DNA of 64,000 nucleotides from Amoeboaphelidium protococcarum X5 (GCA_023515725.1 JALDTO010000098.1:1266164-1330163), one strand, 5' to 3'. Positions 27,342 to 41,154 are shown, counted from the stretch's first letter. Program-made: numbers and translations. Notes: generated by a model not told the origin, from the sequence alone.

Positions 27342-29105
27342 TCAAGCAGCAGCGACATTGTTTGGTCTTGTCACCTAGTTCCCTTGATACGCTTTGACTG
27401 CAGCAGAAATTTCCTAATTCTCTTTAATTACTCCGTACTGGCTGTGATAGGCAAATTTAATCGCCTCACTAACATCAACGGGATTAATTAACGCGTCCAA
27501 CTATTGGATCATTGACTGAAGAGCATCAGTCGAAAGATCTGACCCATGATCCATTTGCTATTTGATCGAAGCTAAAGTTTATGACAAATGGGTTTAAGCT
27601 TCGACCGCTGGATTGGTTGCTTCATTAGGATAAGCCTGTTGAAGCTTTCTAGCCAAAAATTCCAGAAATCTATCCATACCTTCGCCAGTGGTCAGACTGA
27701 CTGCAAACGCGTCCATGCATCCCACACCACTAAGACCAGATTTAATACGCTGCTCAAATTCTTCAATAGTCTCATCGGACGGAGCAGTCACCACTTCAGT
27801 CTTACCTGGAACTTTAGCACCGGCGATTTTAAGCGCATTCAACGCAATATCCTCCCTGACTCCACCACCAATTTCGCAGACAATCTACTTGTTACACACT
27901 TTGGCCTCCCAGTGATCAAGTGCACCTTTTCCCTTACCCATACGCACACCCAGCGGCTTGGAAGACATAGGATGTGTTGGCAAGACACGCAACCAGAACC
28001 TACCACCCTTCACCTACTTGACATGACGATGCAGGGTGGCGCGGACTTCTTGCAGACACTTTTCAGTGAGGCGAACGTCTTCCAACACCCTCAAGCCGTA
28101 ATCGCCAAACTTCACGTCATTACCATCCGTGTTGCCGTCCAGTCTTAATGGAATCTTGCCTCGGAAAGCAGTTCGCTTAACATCATCGCCTTATGGACTA
28201 AGAGGGGCCTACTTGTATCTCAACTTGGCAGGTCCTAGAGGTGTTCTGATACTAACCTAATCTCGCTTGGTCAACAGAATCACGGTATCTTGATCGATCT
28301 GGTCCTAAATAATTTGTGGAATAAGCAGCTTATTCTTAGATTTGTACAGCTGAGGCATATCAAGCAACATCAATTTCATATTAGGCTTCCATTCTTCTTT
28401 CTCCGAACGTGATAGCTCCACAGGATATCCAGCAATTCTGGTTCTCACAGCGTCACTTTCGCCATTATTAGGACTGATTAGATCTAGCAATGCCGATTTA
28501 CCAGAGGTATCAGTTCCAGATAAATTAATGCTATAAAGCGCATTCACATGACCACTCAGAAAATCGATATCACAGCAAAAGCGCGATACAATATCTTTCA
28601 CCAGACCATCAACTTTCCCCTTCACTTCAGTACTTTCAGTATGACATTCGCGTAAATCTTTCGCCTTTTATATGGCTTCTTTGATAAGTTGCAGCTAACA
28701 CGAAAGACCGTATTAAATGAATTGATTCTAGTTTGGGAAATTTGAGAGTCTTAATTGGTCTTTGTTGTATCTTATAACGTCATCAGTGGCAGCTAAACGA
28801 ATATCGGCATCACTTGCGCTTTAAACGCGTAATAATTTTTTGATTGTGTCCAAATTCTAATCATTATCAGCAAATACAGATAGAGTTCTATTATCCAGGA
28901 TAGCTAGACAATTTCCGCTTTAGGACACCAGTGCAGCGCTTGCCACCTTGCCGTTCTATGAAGATTACATCTGTCCGGTTAGCTTCTAGAACGCAGACAC
29001 GCGCTTAGGACCATAAATCTCCATCACTGGACCTTTAACTAAAGCCAGAGAAGTTTAAAGATTTTACACCTATGGCTTCCTAAATATCGATGTAATTTGA
29101 CTCAT
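27342..29105 (-). CDS. Chimeric protein: degenerate MnmE/MSS1 (TrmE) GTPase with mitoribosomal uL16m inserted in its G-domain, 587 aa
   Basis: L16 motifs [34 protein letters not shown] and CEIGG (~27790-28210). They are flanked by G1-like [13 protein letters not shown]4 LLTKRD and G5 [11 protein letters not shown], plus a TrmE-like C-terminal helical region. Single uninterrupted frame. Confidence 0.8.
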
Positions 29106-29331
29106 TATAATGTATATCTTTGTGGTCTTTTGGCCAGAATACAATCGCTGATCACAAAATTAGAAAAAATCTCGCGTTTGGAAAGCAGCGCGGTTCGTCT
29201 CTTAAGATTCCGCGCAAGGGCGAATTGAATAAGTTGCTGAAGGCGTTCTGCATTGATATCACTCAAGTGGGGCTTGAAATCAGCATTTTTCTTAGTGAAA
29301 CGTTTCAATAACATCTTACTAGGTAGTTTAA

Positions 29332-29823
29332 ATGTCCAAGTATAAAAATCCAGCCTGTACTGTTGATGCTCTACTTCTAAGAAAACATGGTACAGTTTTT
29401 GACTTGCTGGTGATTAAAAGGAAGAAAGATCCATTCGCTGGTCAATATGCTCTACCCGGTGGATTTGTAGATTATGGAGAGGATCCGGAGAAGGCTGTGT
29501 TGAGAGAGCTCACAGAAGAGACTGGACTGAACACTGACGGTGCTTAAGTTATACTTTCATCAGTACACGGCAGTGCTGAACGTGATCCGCGTGGACATAC
29601 TATCTCAATCGCTTATGCTGTTAAACTTACACATAATGACTGTGACAAGATTTAAGGCTCCGATGATGCCGATTCTGCTGAATGGATAGAAGTGGAAAAG
29701 TTTTAAAACAAGACTGAACAACTTGCCTTTGATCATCTAAGTATCGTTGATCATTTTATGACATGGTTCCGGAACGGTTACCCATCAGGTCAAGAACAAG
29801 GATACTTTATGGCATCGAAATGA
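29332..29823 (+). CDS. Nudix hydrolase (ADP-ribose pyrophosphatase-like)
   Basis: Nudix box GGFVDYGEDPEKAVLRELTEETGL; RDPRG, SDDA and LAFDH motifs. Confidence 0.9.
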
Positions 29824-30057
29824 AATTCATTGTTATTGCTAGGACGAATTATTTGATAATACACTGTACAGTATTTGAACTTTGACCTCCACGCTCTCGC
29901 GATGTGCTATAAATAAACCTTGTTTCACTCCGCTGCTTGGTGATCGCCAATTTTCAACTAATCAACTCCATTTTAGTCCAGTCCAGTTCTTTATCGCCAA
30001 ATCTGTTCACTCATATTTTCATATCAGAGACATTTAAAAAAAAGTATCCATAAAGTC

Positions 30058-33000
30058 ATGTCTGATATCATAGAAAAGTTGAGACGTGAGAGGGAGGAAA
30101 GATAGAAAAAATAGGCTGAAGAGATGGCTAAATTTGAAGCTGATTTGAAGAGTAAGAGGGAGTAGAGATTGAGAGATAAGATGCTGTTAAGTGAAAATAA
30201 AATCACAACTGCTCCCATCTCGTAGCAAGTGAGCAAGACTGCGAAAATAGACACCACCACAAGTATCCTCAAACAGATAAACAGCTCTCTATCCCAAGTG
30301 GAGGCAAATTAGAATCTGGCCAGTCAGTCCATTATGAACTTGAACAAGGACTTGCAGAGGAAGCAGCAGCACAGAGACAACGAGCAGCAGAAATGGTCAG
30401 ATCTGAAACGTCAAGATCGCCTGAAACATCTGGAACGGACAATGAAGCTCGACTCTCTCGCCGCGTCATTCAAGTTTGGGCGAACAAAGCCGAAGCGTTT
30501 CGAGGTGAATCCCAAAGAGTTTTATGATTTGGATTTCTCATATGATGCCAATGGTAGAGATTAGTCTGAGTCTGCGAATAATGCTTTGAAGAATATCTCT
30601 GAGCGTGAATAAGAGTTGCTCGCAATGGTGTAATCCAGGGAGGATGAATTGCTCCAAGATCCTGATGCTTTGCACAGTCTTATATTCAAGGGTGAGCTGA
30701 TTGTAAAGGGAATGAAAGACACTGCGACTTTTGGATTGCTTGGTAAAGATTAATAGGAATCCCTTATAAAAGCATAAATATAAAACAGTCGCGTTGAGAA
30801 CTAGACTGCTAGTGATACTGCACAAGATGATCATCTATTAGCTTCTCCTCTTGCAAGTGATGATGATCAGCCTCAGCTTCGTGAAAACAGATTCAAAGAG
30901 AGAATGAAAAGCTCAATACAAAAAATGGACTATTCAGAGTATTTCCCGTCTAATATTGGCTTGGTTGAAGGCGTCTTTGTGTTTAGAATTGAGGACATGT
31001 AGCCAGCTCAGCTTCCATTGTCAAAGGATTCTGTTTAGCTCAGTGTTGGGGACTGTTACATTGTGCTGAAAGTATTTGAAAATTAAAATAATCAGCTGGA
31101 TTGGAGGATATTTTAGTTTGTAGGTAAATAGTCTTCAATGGATAAGTAAGCTTGTAGCGCTATTTATGCAGTTGGTCTTAGAGATTTATTGCCGCAATCA
31201 TCATCATTAGGAGTGAGATCTGATATTTAACGTGAGCAGTCTGGAGAAGAGAGTTAAGAGTTTCTTAATGTCTTTAGAGCTCTTGGTTTGGATTATCATC
31301 TATCTGATGCATCTTAGGCAGCTTCTGGTGGTTTGTACAGAGTACTAGAGCGCGAATATCCTTTACTCTGCTATCAGGGACATGTTTATTCCTAGCGTCA
31401 CAGAAGAATAGTATATCGTTTGGTTGAGTCTAATTTTTTAGCATTCTCTTCCAAATATAGTTACATTGTTGATGCTGGTAAGTCAGTCTATGTTTGGTAT
31501 GGCGCTGAGTCTCCTTTAAATGATAGAGCCAAAGTTCATCTTCAAGCTCAGCTTATAGTCAGCAATGAACGCTCCTCGATCATGACATCCGCCGTGCAAG
31601 AAGTCTATCAGGGGAGAGAGTTTGAAAACGAAGACTTGATGGAATTATTTTCTGATTGTCAATTGTAGTCTATATCAGAAGAAGAAGAATCTGAGGATGA
31701 TAATGTGACTGTAGGCAGCAATGACATTATATTGAGAGAAATCAGCGCTGAGACTTTGCGAGATGTTAAAAAGACAAAATAGCTGGAGATTGGTAATCTT
31801 GAGATTAGATAGTTAGACTTTGCCACTTTACGTGAGGAATGTTGCTACTTGCTGGATTGCGTCAGTCAGATATTCTTATGGGTCGGTCATTAATGTAGTG
31901 ATCAAGTCAGAACGATTGCTGAACAACTTGCTTTGCCATTGTTAGTGGAATCTTAAACCCGGCCTGGTTATATGTAAATAGTTAAACTTTATTAAAAGAC
32001 CGAGACGGAGATTTTTAAATCCTATTTCAACAATTGGCCTTAGATTAAAGCTGGTAGTCAGTAGAGTCGTGATAATTAGACTGATGGTGAGCAAAAGTCG
32101 GCTTTCTAGACAAAAATTGATATTAGAGCCATTTATGATCAGAGCCCTGGCGGAAGGCTTACGCGTAAAGAAGACGAGTTTTATCAAGAGTTATTTACGA
32201 GAGCCAATAGTCTTCTCCTTAGTTTCAAAGTATTCAGATACAGCGAGGATAGGAGAAATTTTGTTGCAGCTCAAGATTGGAATGTTGATCTTCCTATATC
32301 ATAATCATCACCCACAGCTGATGGTTCAGAGTTTGGACACTTTTGCAGTGATCAAATGTATATATTCCTCTGTGTCTATCGAAAAATATAGAAATAAGAA
32401 GATACGGAGGGTGTCGCCGTATCTAGCGACGCTGACAACGTCCCCCTAGATATGCAAGAGTGTGTCACTTATGTCTGGACTGGGAGACACCTTTAGACGC
32501 CATCCATTGCGTACCTGAAGTTTTAGCATCATTTTAAGGAATAAATTAAAGCACTGATTCTCTAATTAAGTGGTGGTAAGTCGGATGTACGTTTCGTTTA
32601 TATGAACTAGGAGAAAGAGTCTTTAGCTCTATGCGCTCACTTGAGAAAAAGTATTATTGTCCATTGGGGATCTTCGTTAGCATCAGGTAAGGACTCTGAC
32701 CAAGGCTTAGCTCGACTATATCATATTCGAACTGATATAAAATATAAGGTGACTAGATGTATTTAAACGACACCCATGGTGAAGTCGCTGTGTACCAGGG
32801 ATGTGTTTCTATTGATAGGACGTGAACAGTTACCATATCTTTGGATTGGTAATGGTGCTAGCAAAGAGGAAGAGAAATTGGCAAAGCTTGTCGCATTGAA
32901 ATGTCTTCGATTGGATCAAGAGGCGGATATTAACAAGCATGTACAAGTATTTAAAGAGAAACTGGAGCCTGACGAGTTTTGGCATCAGCTCGGGCCCGAC

Positions 33001-33639
33001 TTTGAGAAAGTTAAACTGGCTTCTGGAGCTAAAAGTATCGTATCTCTTGGTCAGGGATATTACTATTCATTGCCACCACCGCGACTATTTAAAGGCTCCA
33101 CAGCATCAGGATCTTTTGTTGTCACTGAGCTCACAGCTGGAAATAATGCTATTTTATATGCTGATATCTAAGGCTCAGGCCAGAATGGCGACTAATCTGT
33201 ATTCTGGTTGGATTCTTGCCCTGGTCGCGGTAAGCCATTTCTGGTGTATGTTTGGATCGGCGCGCAAGTTTCTGATGTTGTTGTAAAATTGGCAAAGAAA
33301 GCTTTAGATTCGTATCTACAGCATTTGGCTGATGGTAGATCTTTAAATTTCAGTGAATGGGATGATGATGCGCGACGCCTAGAAACTTCTAAACGGAGTG
33401 CTGCGGTAGTCAGGCATGATGTAGTCATTGTCAGATAAGGCTCAGAGCCTGACGAATTCCGAGCATTTTTTCATGGCTGGGGATCAGACTTTAGCATTAG
33501 TACTTAAGGAATGACCAATCTATAGATTAATTCACAGCAGCGTCAGAAGTTGATTGAATAGTATATCATTGGAAAATAGATGTAAGAGCCACAAAGTGCC
33601 TTTTAGAGGGGAGAATTGAAAGAAGGTCAATTAGTTTGA
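30058..33639 (+). CDS. Flightless-I-like gelsolin-repeat protein without N-terminal LRRs, 1193 aa
   Basis: MDYSEYF..., GDCYIVLK, SSMDKQACSAIYAVGLR, REQSGEESQEFL and several WxG gelsolin segments. The N-terminus is charged/coiled. Confidence 0.8.
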
Positions 33640-33715
33640 TGAAATACTTTAAAAGTAAATAGAAATTTTCATTCATATTTTATTTTATCAGCGAATCCTC
33701 ATGTCACTCTTTAAA

Positions 33716-34195
33716 TCAATGCATCTGAACGTGAGCCTCGCGAATCGGGGAGAGGAAGCTAGGACGTCTTATGATCGATGAATTATTGTAAGGCATACCA
33801 TTATATAGAGTGACGATAGAACTAGCAGGAGAATTTGGTGGCGTAGGCGCGTACATCAGCGTCTTATTCGGCGAAGGTAGCTACATAATGCGCGACCACG
33901 ACGATAGAGGAGATGCGTACAAAAGTGTACGCGTTAAATCAGAGTCTTTTCCATTCATCGCATCCAAAGCAGACGAAACTCTTCGCTTACAGCTAATATA
34001 TGGTGTACCGGCTGGAGGAGCAGAATGGGCCGTCTATCTTTAATCATTAATTTCCGCAGCCGCAGCTACAGACTTGCGACGCTTGTGTCCAATAGCAAAC
34101 GCAGTTGTTTGATCTTTAGCCTCCAAGTGCAGCATTCTAGGAAAGGTCATCACCTGCAAAGTGGATCGCTTATCAACTGACGCAGATTTAATCAT
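33716..34195 (-). CDS. Hypothetical S/P-rich protein, 159 aa
   Basis: ATG in AAAATG context and an open frame to TGA under table 6; no recognised domain. Confidence 0.45.
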
Positions 34196-34567
34196 TTTTA
34201 TATTTATTATCTATTTCTATGCTTCAAGATTAAATGTGTTTTAAGAGTAAAAAATGGATAACCTGTATTTTTCCAACATTGTTGTAACGTATGTTGAAGC
34301 GTGACCATTCTTAGCCAATGATTCGTGTAACGATGTTACACCATCACACGTTTCGATCAGTTACGACGTGGATCTTGTTTGCGACTGTCTAGTGCACCTG
34401 TAGCTGCTATATGTTTAAGAGTCAGCCTCAAATTTATCTCGACACGTATATGCTTTAACATCTTTACTCTGTTCAAGACGAAAGTTCTTTCAAACGCTAA
34501 ATGTCGCTGTCAAAGAGAAATAACGCGTATCATACTTTCAATACATTAACATCGCAAGTCAAAATCA

Positions 34568-36211
34568 TCAATTCTTTTACCACTGACTCTTTTTACGCGC
34601 CTTTTCGACGCTTTTAACGTACTCACTGACGGCCTTTTCCAATTTCTTGGCGCGGTTCACTTCGCCATGACGCTCATCACTAAGCTTCGATTTCAGTACT
34701 TCATACTTCTCAGCCAGTTGTTGATACTTCTGATCCTATTGCGATTTCAACACATTCGCTTCAGTTTCCAGCTTATTAATCAGATTCTGACTAGATTCCA
34801 GTTGATTAGTCAGGTATTCCACTTGAGACTTTAACGATAGTTCAGAATCGCTGACGAATTTCTAACATTTCAGGAGATTAAATCTTCCATTTTCATCAAT
34901 TTCATACTGATTTCCAGTCTTGTCGAGTAAATCTTAGAAAGAACGCTTCAATTCCTTATTTTGTTATTCCAGCTCTTACAGGCCATTTTGATTAGTCAAA
35001 TGTGGCTAATCAGCTGATGCATTTTTGTGCTTTTACAACTAAGGAGATCTTGAATTAGATCTAGAATAAGTTTGATGGTAATCTGATGAGCCAGCAGCTT
35101 ATAATTTCTATAACAGGATAGATATTTACTATTGCGAAGACTCTCTCTCTTGAGAATACACAGCCTCTTGCTATAGCAGATGCTTCTCAGCTATCTTGCG
35201 CCTGCTTATTTCTACTCTAAGCTGCTTTTTCAGTTGCTAAACTGTCTCTTACGCATCAACATTCTCAATATAATCCTCTTACTCCACATCAGAACTGGCA
35301 GATTAGACGGGTGTTCGCCTATATGACGTCCTTAGAATACTTTTCATAGACTGCCTGAGATCATCATTCTAATCCTCTTAGGCTTCTGGTACTCCCTGCC
35401 TAGAAGTAACTAATCCAACATTGCGTTATAAAGCGAGTTTTATACTCTCTTGAATATCATCCGGTACCTCTGAGCCATCAACTTGCAACTGCAGCAGAGT
35501 ATAATTATGATGAAACATTTTAACTAATTATTTACCACCATTTAGACCAATGTTATTCCAGCGAAGATCCAGATTAACCAATGATTTATTACTCTTCATG
35601 GCTTCATATAACGCCAGGCATCCATCAGGTCCAATTTTGTTATTACTCAAATTGAGGTACTGGATGGAGCGATTAATAGCAATACCATCAGCCAGACTCT
35701 ACATGGCAGTTTCCCATAGACCAATTTAATTCCATTCCAGCGACAACCAAGTCAGAGTATTGCTCAACTTTAAATACTGTGCCAGAGCTAGAGCTCCATC
35801 AGTACGGATATTGTTACCTTTGAGATCTAAATTCTATACATTATCGCTATGCTTCAATGCCTGACAGAGCACTATGCAGCCATCATCGCCCATTTAACAA
35901 TCAGATAGACGAACAACTTAAAACAATTAATCATTAGCTAATGCTTCGCACAGTGCCTTAGCCATCTTGAGATCAAGCGACTAACCAGACAGGTCAAGTA
36001 TCCGGCTATATCGCTACTATTAAGTAGATGGATATGAGTCAATAGATTTATTTATATCAGAGAGAGCTTCTTACAAGGAAGACGGTTTGACATAAGCAGC
36101 ATCAGACCCTTCGCCACCATTCTAAAGCGTTAAACTGTTCACTAATGTCGCCAGCGGCTCAATCCCCAGCTCTCTACAACTCTACTCATAAGTCTCCCTA
36201 AATGCGATCAT
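34568..36211 (-). CDS. LRRC45: LRR + coiled-coil centrosomal protein, LRRC45-like
   Basis: FRETYEQSCRELGIEP, LDLSGQSL, LDLKGNNIR, LSLEWNQIGLW; C-terminal RAKKLEKAVSEYV. Confidence 0.75.
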
Positions 36212-36571
36212 AATTATTAAATACCATCCAGGTGGTTGTTTTCAGTTCCTAAATCAGCGAAAGAGAAACCGTTTCAGCTTATGATAGATATGCTGATGAA
36301 TCTTCTACAGCCGTGAAACAACTCGCGCAGAAGATCACTTGATACCAAAAGTAGAAGCGAAACTGTTTCAGGGGCATCATCAACCGCCGTAAGTCGTTCA
36401 ATTGAATTTATAAAACGGCAGCGCCACAAATTGTCCAAGCCACTCTAGAATTTATTGATTGTTCAATTAGGTAGATAGATCCTATATTCTTCATAAGCTT
36501 AGATATATCCTGATCCGTGGCAATACAGCGCGTTCTTATTAAATATCAATTGCAGTAGTTTGGGCGATCTA

Positions 36572-37714
36572 ATGGTTAGCATGGAGAATGACTTTTTGGA
36601 CTTGTCATAGTATGATACATAATTACACGCTTCTGGCTTGGAGCAATTACAAGAAATTTAGAGAGGATAAGCGACTGGCACCAAGAAGAAAGGACCGCTA
36701 GTTCCGAAGATTTAGACAACTTTTGATCATTATGAACAGTCACTGAATTCGCTGTCTGCCCTTAACATTAGTGGCATAGATTTTTATAATTAATTTCTAA
36801 AGGTATCTGCACAGTCCCCTCGATCTGCACGGACACCCAAGACACCGCTATTTGTAAAGTAATTTGGCGCACATAACTCTGCTTTTGCTGCTAATAATTA
36901 TCTCAATATTGGAGAATCTTCGAGTTTGTAATCTGGTGGACGCGTCAAGCTTCTCTCTCCAACTACTCCCGCAGTGGCTGGTGGTGTCGGCGGTGCGAAT
37001 GTTAATTCTATTGGCATATTTGTGGATAATGGTATTCTTACTCCGATATTTGATCAATTTCAGTAGAGGAATGCCTTTTAGAATTAGGTTCATAATGGTG
37101 GATTTTTGAGTAGAGAAAGTAATGATAGTTTGCCAGACTTAAGTTCTCAGTTGAGTCAACACTAGCAAACGTATGAACCATCGCATCAAGTTGACTTTGT
37201 TCAACATTTGGGATTTATACAATAAAATTTACCTATTGACGCTGTAGATTTTGATTAGTACGTGTAAGATTAACATTTACAGTAGACTTTGCAAGTACCT
37301 GCTTAGAATAAGAATTAGGTAAAGTACTTGAAGAGTCCTAATGGAGGCCTTTATTAAAAAGTCTGGTCCCCGTCTGTTGTTGATAAGAGTCAGGTTAATG
37401 CTAGCGATTCTGACTTTGATATGCAGCATCTTCCTGGTGCATATGGAAACAACTGGTAAAATCAATCCAATGAAAATGCGAACATGAAAAAGTATGATTG
37501 TCCACATGCTCCTTCATGCCCTCATACGTTCTCTAGGCGACATGACTTGCTGAGGCATATGCGTCTACATTCTAATGACGCTTAGTATCAGTGCTCCAAG
37601 TGCGGAAAGCGATTCACACGTAAAGACTCTCTTAAAAGACATATGGACGTGAGTGATAGATATGGTGGCAGATGCAGATAGTCTCGCGGACGTGTCCCAA
37701 AGAGCATGGTATGA
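36572..37714 (+). CDS. C2H2 zinc-finger transcription factor (two C-terminal fingers); start may be 36581
   Basis: CPHAPSCPHTFSRRHDLLRHMRLH and CSKCGKRFTRKDSLKRH, after a low-complexity Q/S region. Confidence 0.85.
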
Positions 37715-37857
37715 GATTTGCAATTTATCGTTATAGTTAGAGGTGAAGACTACAATAAAAGTATTAAATTTGGTTATTATGTTGATTATAATTTTCAAAC
37801 TTTTTCTTCACTTCGTTCATACTTTAAGCTGAGTAGAGCATAAAGATCTCCACCTAA

Positions 37858-39519
37858 TCAGTTACCAGTACGCGTCTTCTTGCGATTTCTTCCATGTTGC
37901 ATTCCACCTGAAGCACCTCTCTTTCCAGAATGGCGATCTGACTGCGATGGAACATACACATTAGCGGTCCAATACTCTTCCTCCTCTGCTCCAGATACAA
38001 GAGACAGATCAAACTTGCACTCCAATTGCTTGCCAGCGGCGTCAGATCCTGATGGTGTGGCAATGTACTTCAAAGACTCCAAATCACCGCTATGCTATTC
38101 CAACAGCTCCTTAGCCTTGGCATCATACAGTCTAACGAGACCAGTCAACTTGTTCTCTGCAGCCTCCGTCTCCAAAGGAAAGTCAATGTATTTGATCACG
38201 CCGAATTTGGCTGCAAAGTAATCTTTCAACTCATGACGCGTAGGCAATTGAATCTTATCATTACCAGCACTCAGATCAACTTCAACTCCATCAGAGTCAA
38301 TAATCTACTTTACCTAGAATTTGACCAGCTTGTTGTGATCAACAAAGGTGTTAACCACCTCCATTTCTGGTACCAGATACAATTTACCTTTAACAACAAC
38401 AGATTCTTACTATTCACTTTCACCTTCAGCCTTCTTCGTATCCAATGACAATTTGAAGAATGTAAATTTCTCCACAACCTTCTTGGTGTTGTTGGATGCA
38501 AACTTGACAATGAACTTCACCTTCTTCAAGTTGCTCTTTGGAGCACCTTCAGACTACTCCTACTACTATTACTCCTATTCAGGCTGATTTTCCTAGCTCT
38601 GCTCATCAACCTTCTCAGCCTTAACATGTTACAACGACACAACATAATTACTGTCGACAGAGTTCAACTCCTTGCGCAATGACAAAATCAGCTTGAAAAG
38701 TAACTCCTAATCAGCATCAACATCCAAACTGTCTGGCAAAAATAGCTTCACCTTGGCGCAGGTGGTCACCTTCAACTTGGCCTATTCTTCAAGATACGAC
38801 TTTTTATCCAAAGCAGTAATGGTGCGATTAGATCCATCGGCAACAGGATATTGCAACAGCTTCTTGGCAGACAGATCAGTCAGCCATTTGACGTCCTCAA
38901 CACGCTTCATCTCCACCCAAGCCTGTCCGTTGAAGCTGCGCTACTTATTTGCACCCTCTGCAGATTCACCATCAGTCTTTTTAGCACTGAAATTTCCCGG
39001 AGTACTACGATGCTACATCTTGATCAGAGCAACTCCGGCATAGGAACTCTTCGCATCACCTTCAGCAGAGGATTCAATAAACTTCAACACTTCAGTATTT
39101 AGGAAATTCATCAAATCATCCAGCGAGGCAGTAAAAGGGAAATTAGTCATGTGCATAGTCACCGCGTCAGACTTCTCTTGCATAGCTTGAGGATCAGCAG
39201 TAAGATCATAAGGAGTCAGTCTGCCCACAGTCTTTGCATCGCTATCAACCTTCAGATCCGAAGACTTGCTCAATGCTTCGATAAGAACAGCTATCTGCTT
39301 CTCCTGATCAAAGGCATCGCTTTCCACATTATCCGATTCCTGTTGATATTACTACAGCAGAGATTGGACGCGCTTAAAGGTCAGCAACGTGGCCAGTGGA
39401 ATCTGCTCACTTTTAGCCAATTCGATACGCATGAAATTGTCCCTCTTCAGATTGCTATCGCTAAAGTAAAACTCAATCTACTACTGTAATTTACTATTTA
39501 TCAATTCAGCGGATGTCAT
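37858..39519 (-). CDS. La-family RNA-binding protein (La motif + RRM + C-terminal RRM2/xRRM)
   Basis: QIEFYFSDSNLKRDNFM, IPLATLLTFKRV; C-terminal KYIDF...GLVRL...VSGAEEEEYW. Confidence 0.85.
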
Positions 39520-39741
39520 TATGATTACTACTGATAACTCTATTTTATCACTTTATTCACTTAAAATTCGGTAACATTGATTTGAGAAAAGAGGGCAAAG
39601 TGCTTTAGCTGAGTGACGAGAGAAAAACGCGCAAATTTCTGCTTGAAGATTTCTCCCTGAACAAAGTCACAGCGGAACTCCTTTGCTATCATAAAGCAGT
39701 ATTTGTTGAATTTAAAGAATCTGATATCCTTAGTTTTCATA

Positions 39742-41106
39742 ATGGTTAATCTAGGCAAGACTCTGAAGCGAGCGGCTGGGTATGAGATGCAGTATGATTC
39801 TGATATGAACTTGGATGGTGGCTCGTCATCTTCTGATGGTAGTGAAATCTATGATGGTGTTAGTGACCGGAATGAAAATGATACTCTGATAGTAGACCAG
39901 GTATCGTAAGGGAAACCAAGTTCATTGAGAGCAAGTCTTGCATTAGACGATCTTGCATAGATGGAAGGCTACAAATCTGCCAAAGTGAATCGCGAAGATT
40001 TATATTCAGACGAAGATTAAGACTCCCAGGATGCTTTCAGTCATAGCGATGTTAGTGGAGATGAATACCTGAAATAACGCGGCGACGATAGTGAAGATGA
40101 TTATTCAGAATCTGATTACGGTGACGGCTATGATGATAATAATACTGACTTGGGTAAAGTGGTACAAAATCTTCAGGCTGAGTAAAGCGCGTTCATCCAC
40201 TAAGTGTAAAAGGGTTCGAAGAATGATCATTTGAAGGGTCTACATGTACGTAATCAGCTCAAAATACAGGATAGTCTTCTGGATATGAGAATTAGAATGC
40301 AAAAGTTATTAACTGTCGCTAATCAGCTGCCGGATGCTTAAATAGCGCCCTTGTATTATCAGACCATAGGAGAGGATGAGTCTGAAGCTGCAACTCTTAC
40401 GGCCCGCACTGCTGCGTAAACGGAGTTGAAAGTTCTGATTAAGTAATTGATGGGTATGTAATTCTAGTCATTTAATAAGGCGGCTAACATGCATGGAGTA
40501 AAGGATAAAGTTAGTCTTGAAGGCGGTAATGATTAGAGTATCGAAGACGCGTATTAGACTTATGTTCAGTTTTAAGCAAAGTAATTACAATAAGCTATTG
40601 CTAGTACCATACCAAAGTGGTAAAATAAACTTGCCAATCCATCGCAGAAGGGAATGAAAGTTTTGAACCAGCCTATGCACTAGCAAATTGATAGTATTAT
40701 GAAAAATGACTATGAACGGGTAATCAAACGGGTCAGAGTCAACTCTGTTGCACAATAGAATAAGATTGGATCTTAGCTGCTGAAGGATGCACAAGTATTT
40801 GATGATTTTGACTTTTACTCTCAGCAACTCAAGGATTTGATTAATTCAAAATCATCCATAAATGGAACTGCTGATACTGTTGCATTATCTGAGCATATGG
40901 TCAAATTGAAGCAGCTTAACAAGAAGAAAAAGAAGCGTGAGAGTTAGGATAGGAAGTTGAACAAGGATCGAACCATAAAGTATGTGCCTATGGATAAGTT
41001 GGTCAACTTTATGGTATCCCGATCTGATCCTCTTATTTCATCCGACTTTAAATGGCACGAATCCATGGTTGATGAGCTGTGCAAGTCGCTTTCTAGTTAG
41101 AAATGA
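39742..41106 (+). CDS. BFR2: Ribosome biogenesis protein Bfr2/AATF
   Basis: Acidic N-terminus; KGLHVRNQ..LLDMRIRMQK, FDDFDFYSQQLKDLI, KYVPMDKLVNFM. Confidence 0.88.
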
Positions 41107-41154
41107 ATTTATTAATAAACCTCATACTATATCGTATCAAGTAAAGGGATAATA

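Noticed and set aside
27588-28148. 186-aa plus-strand ORF
   Set aside because: It is antisense to the L16/MnmE gene and has no motifs.
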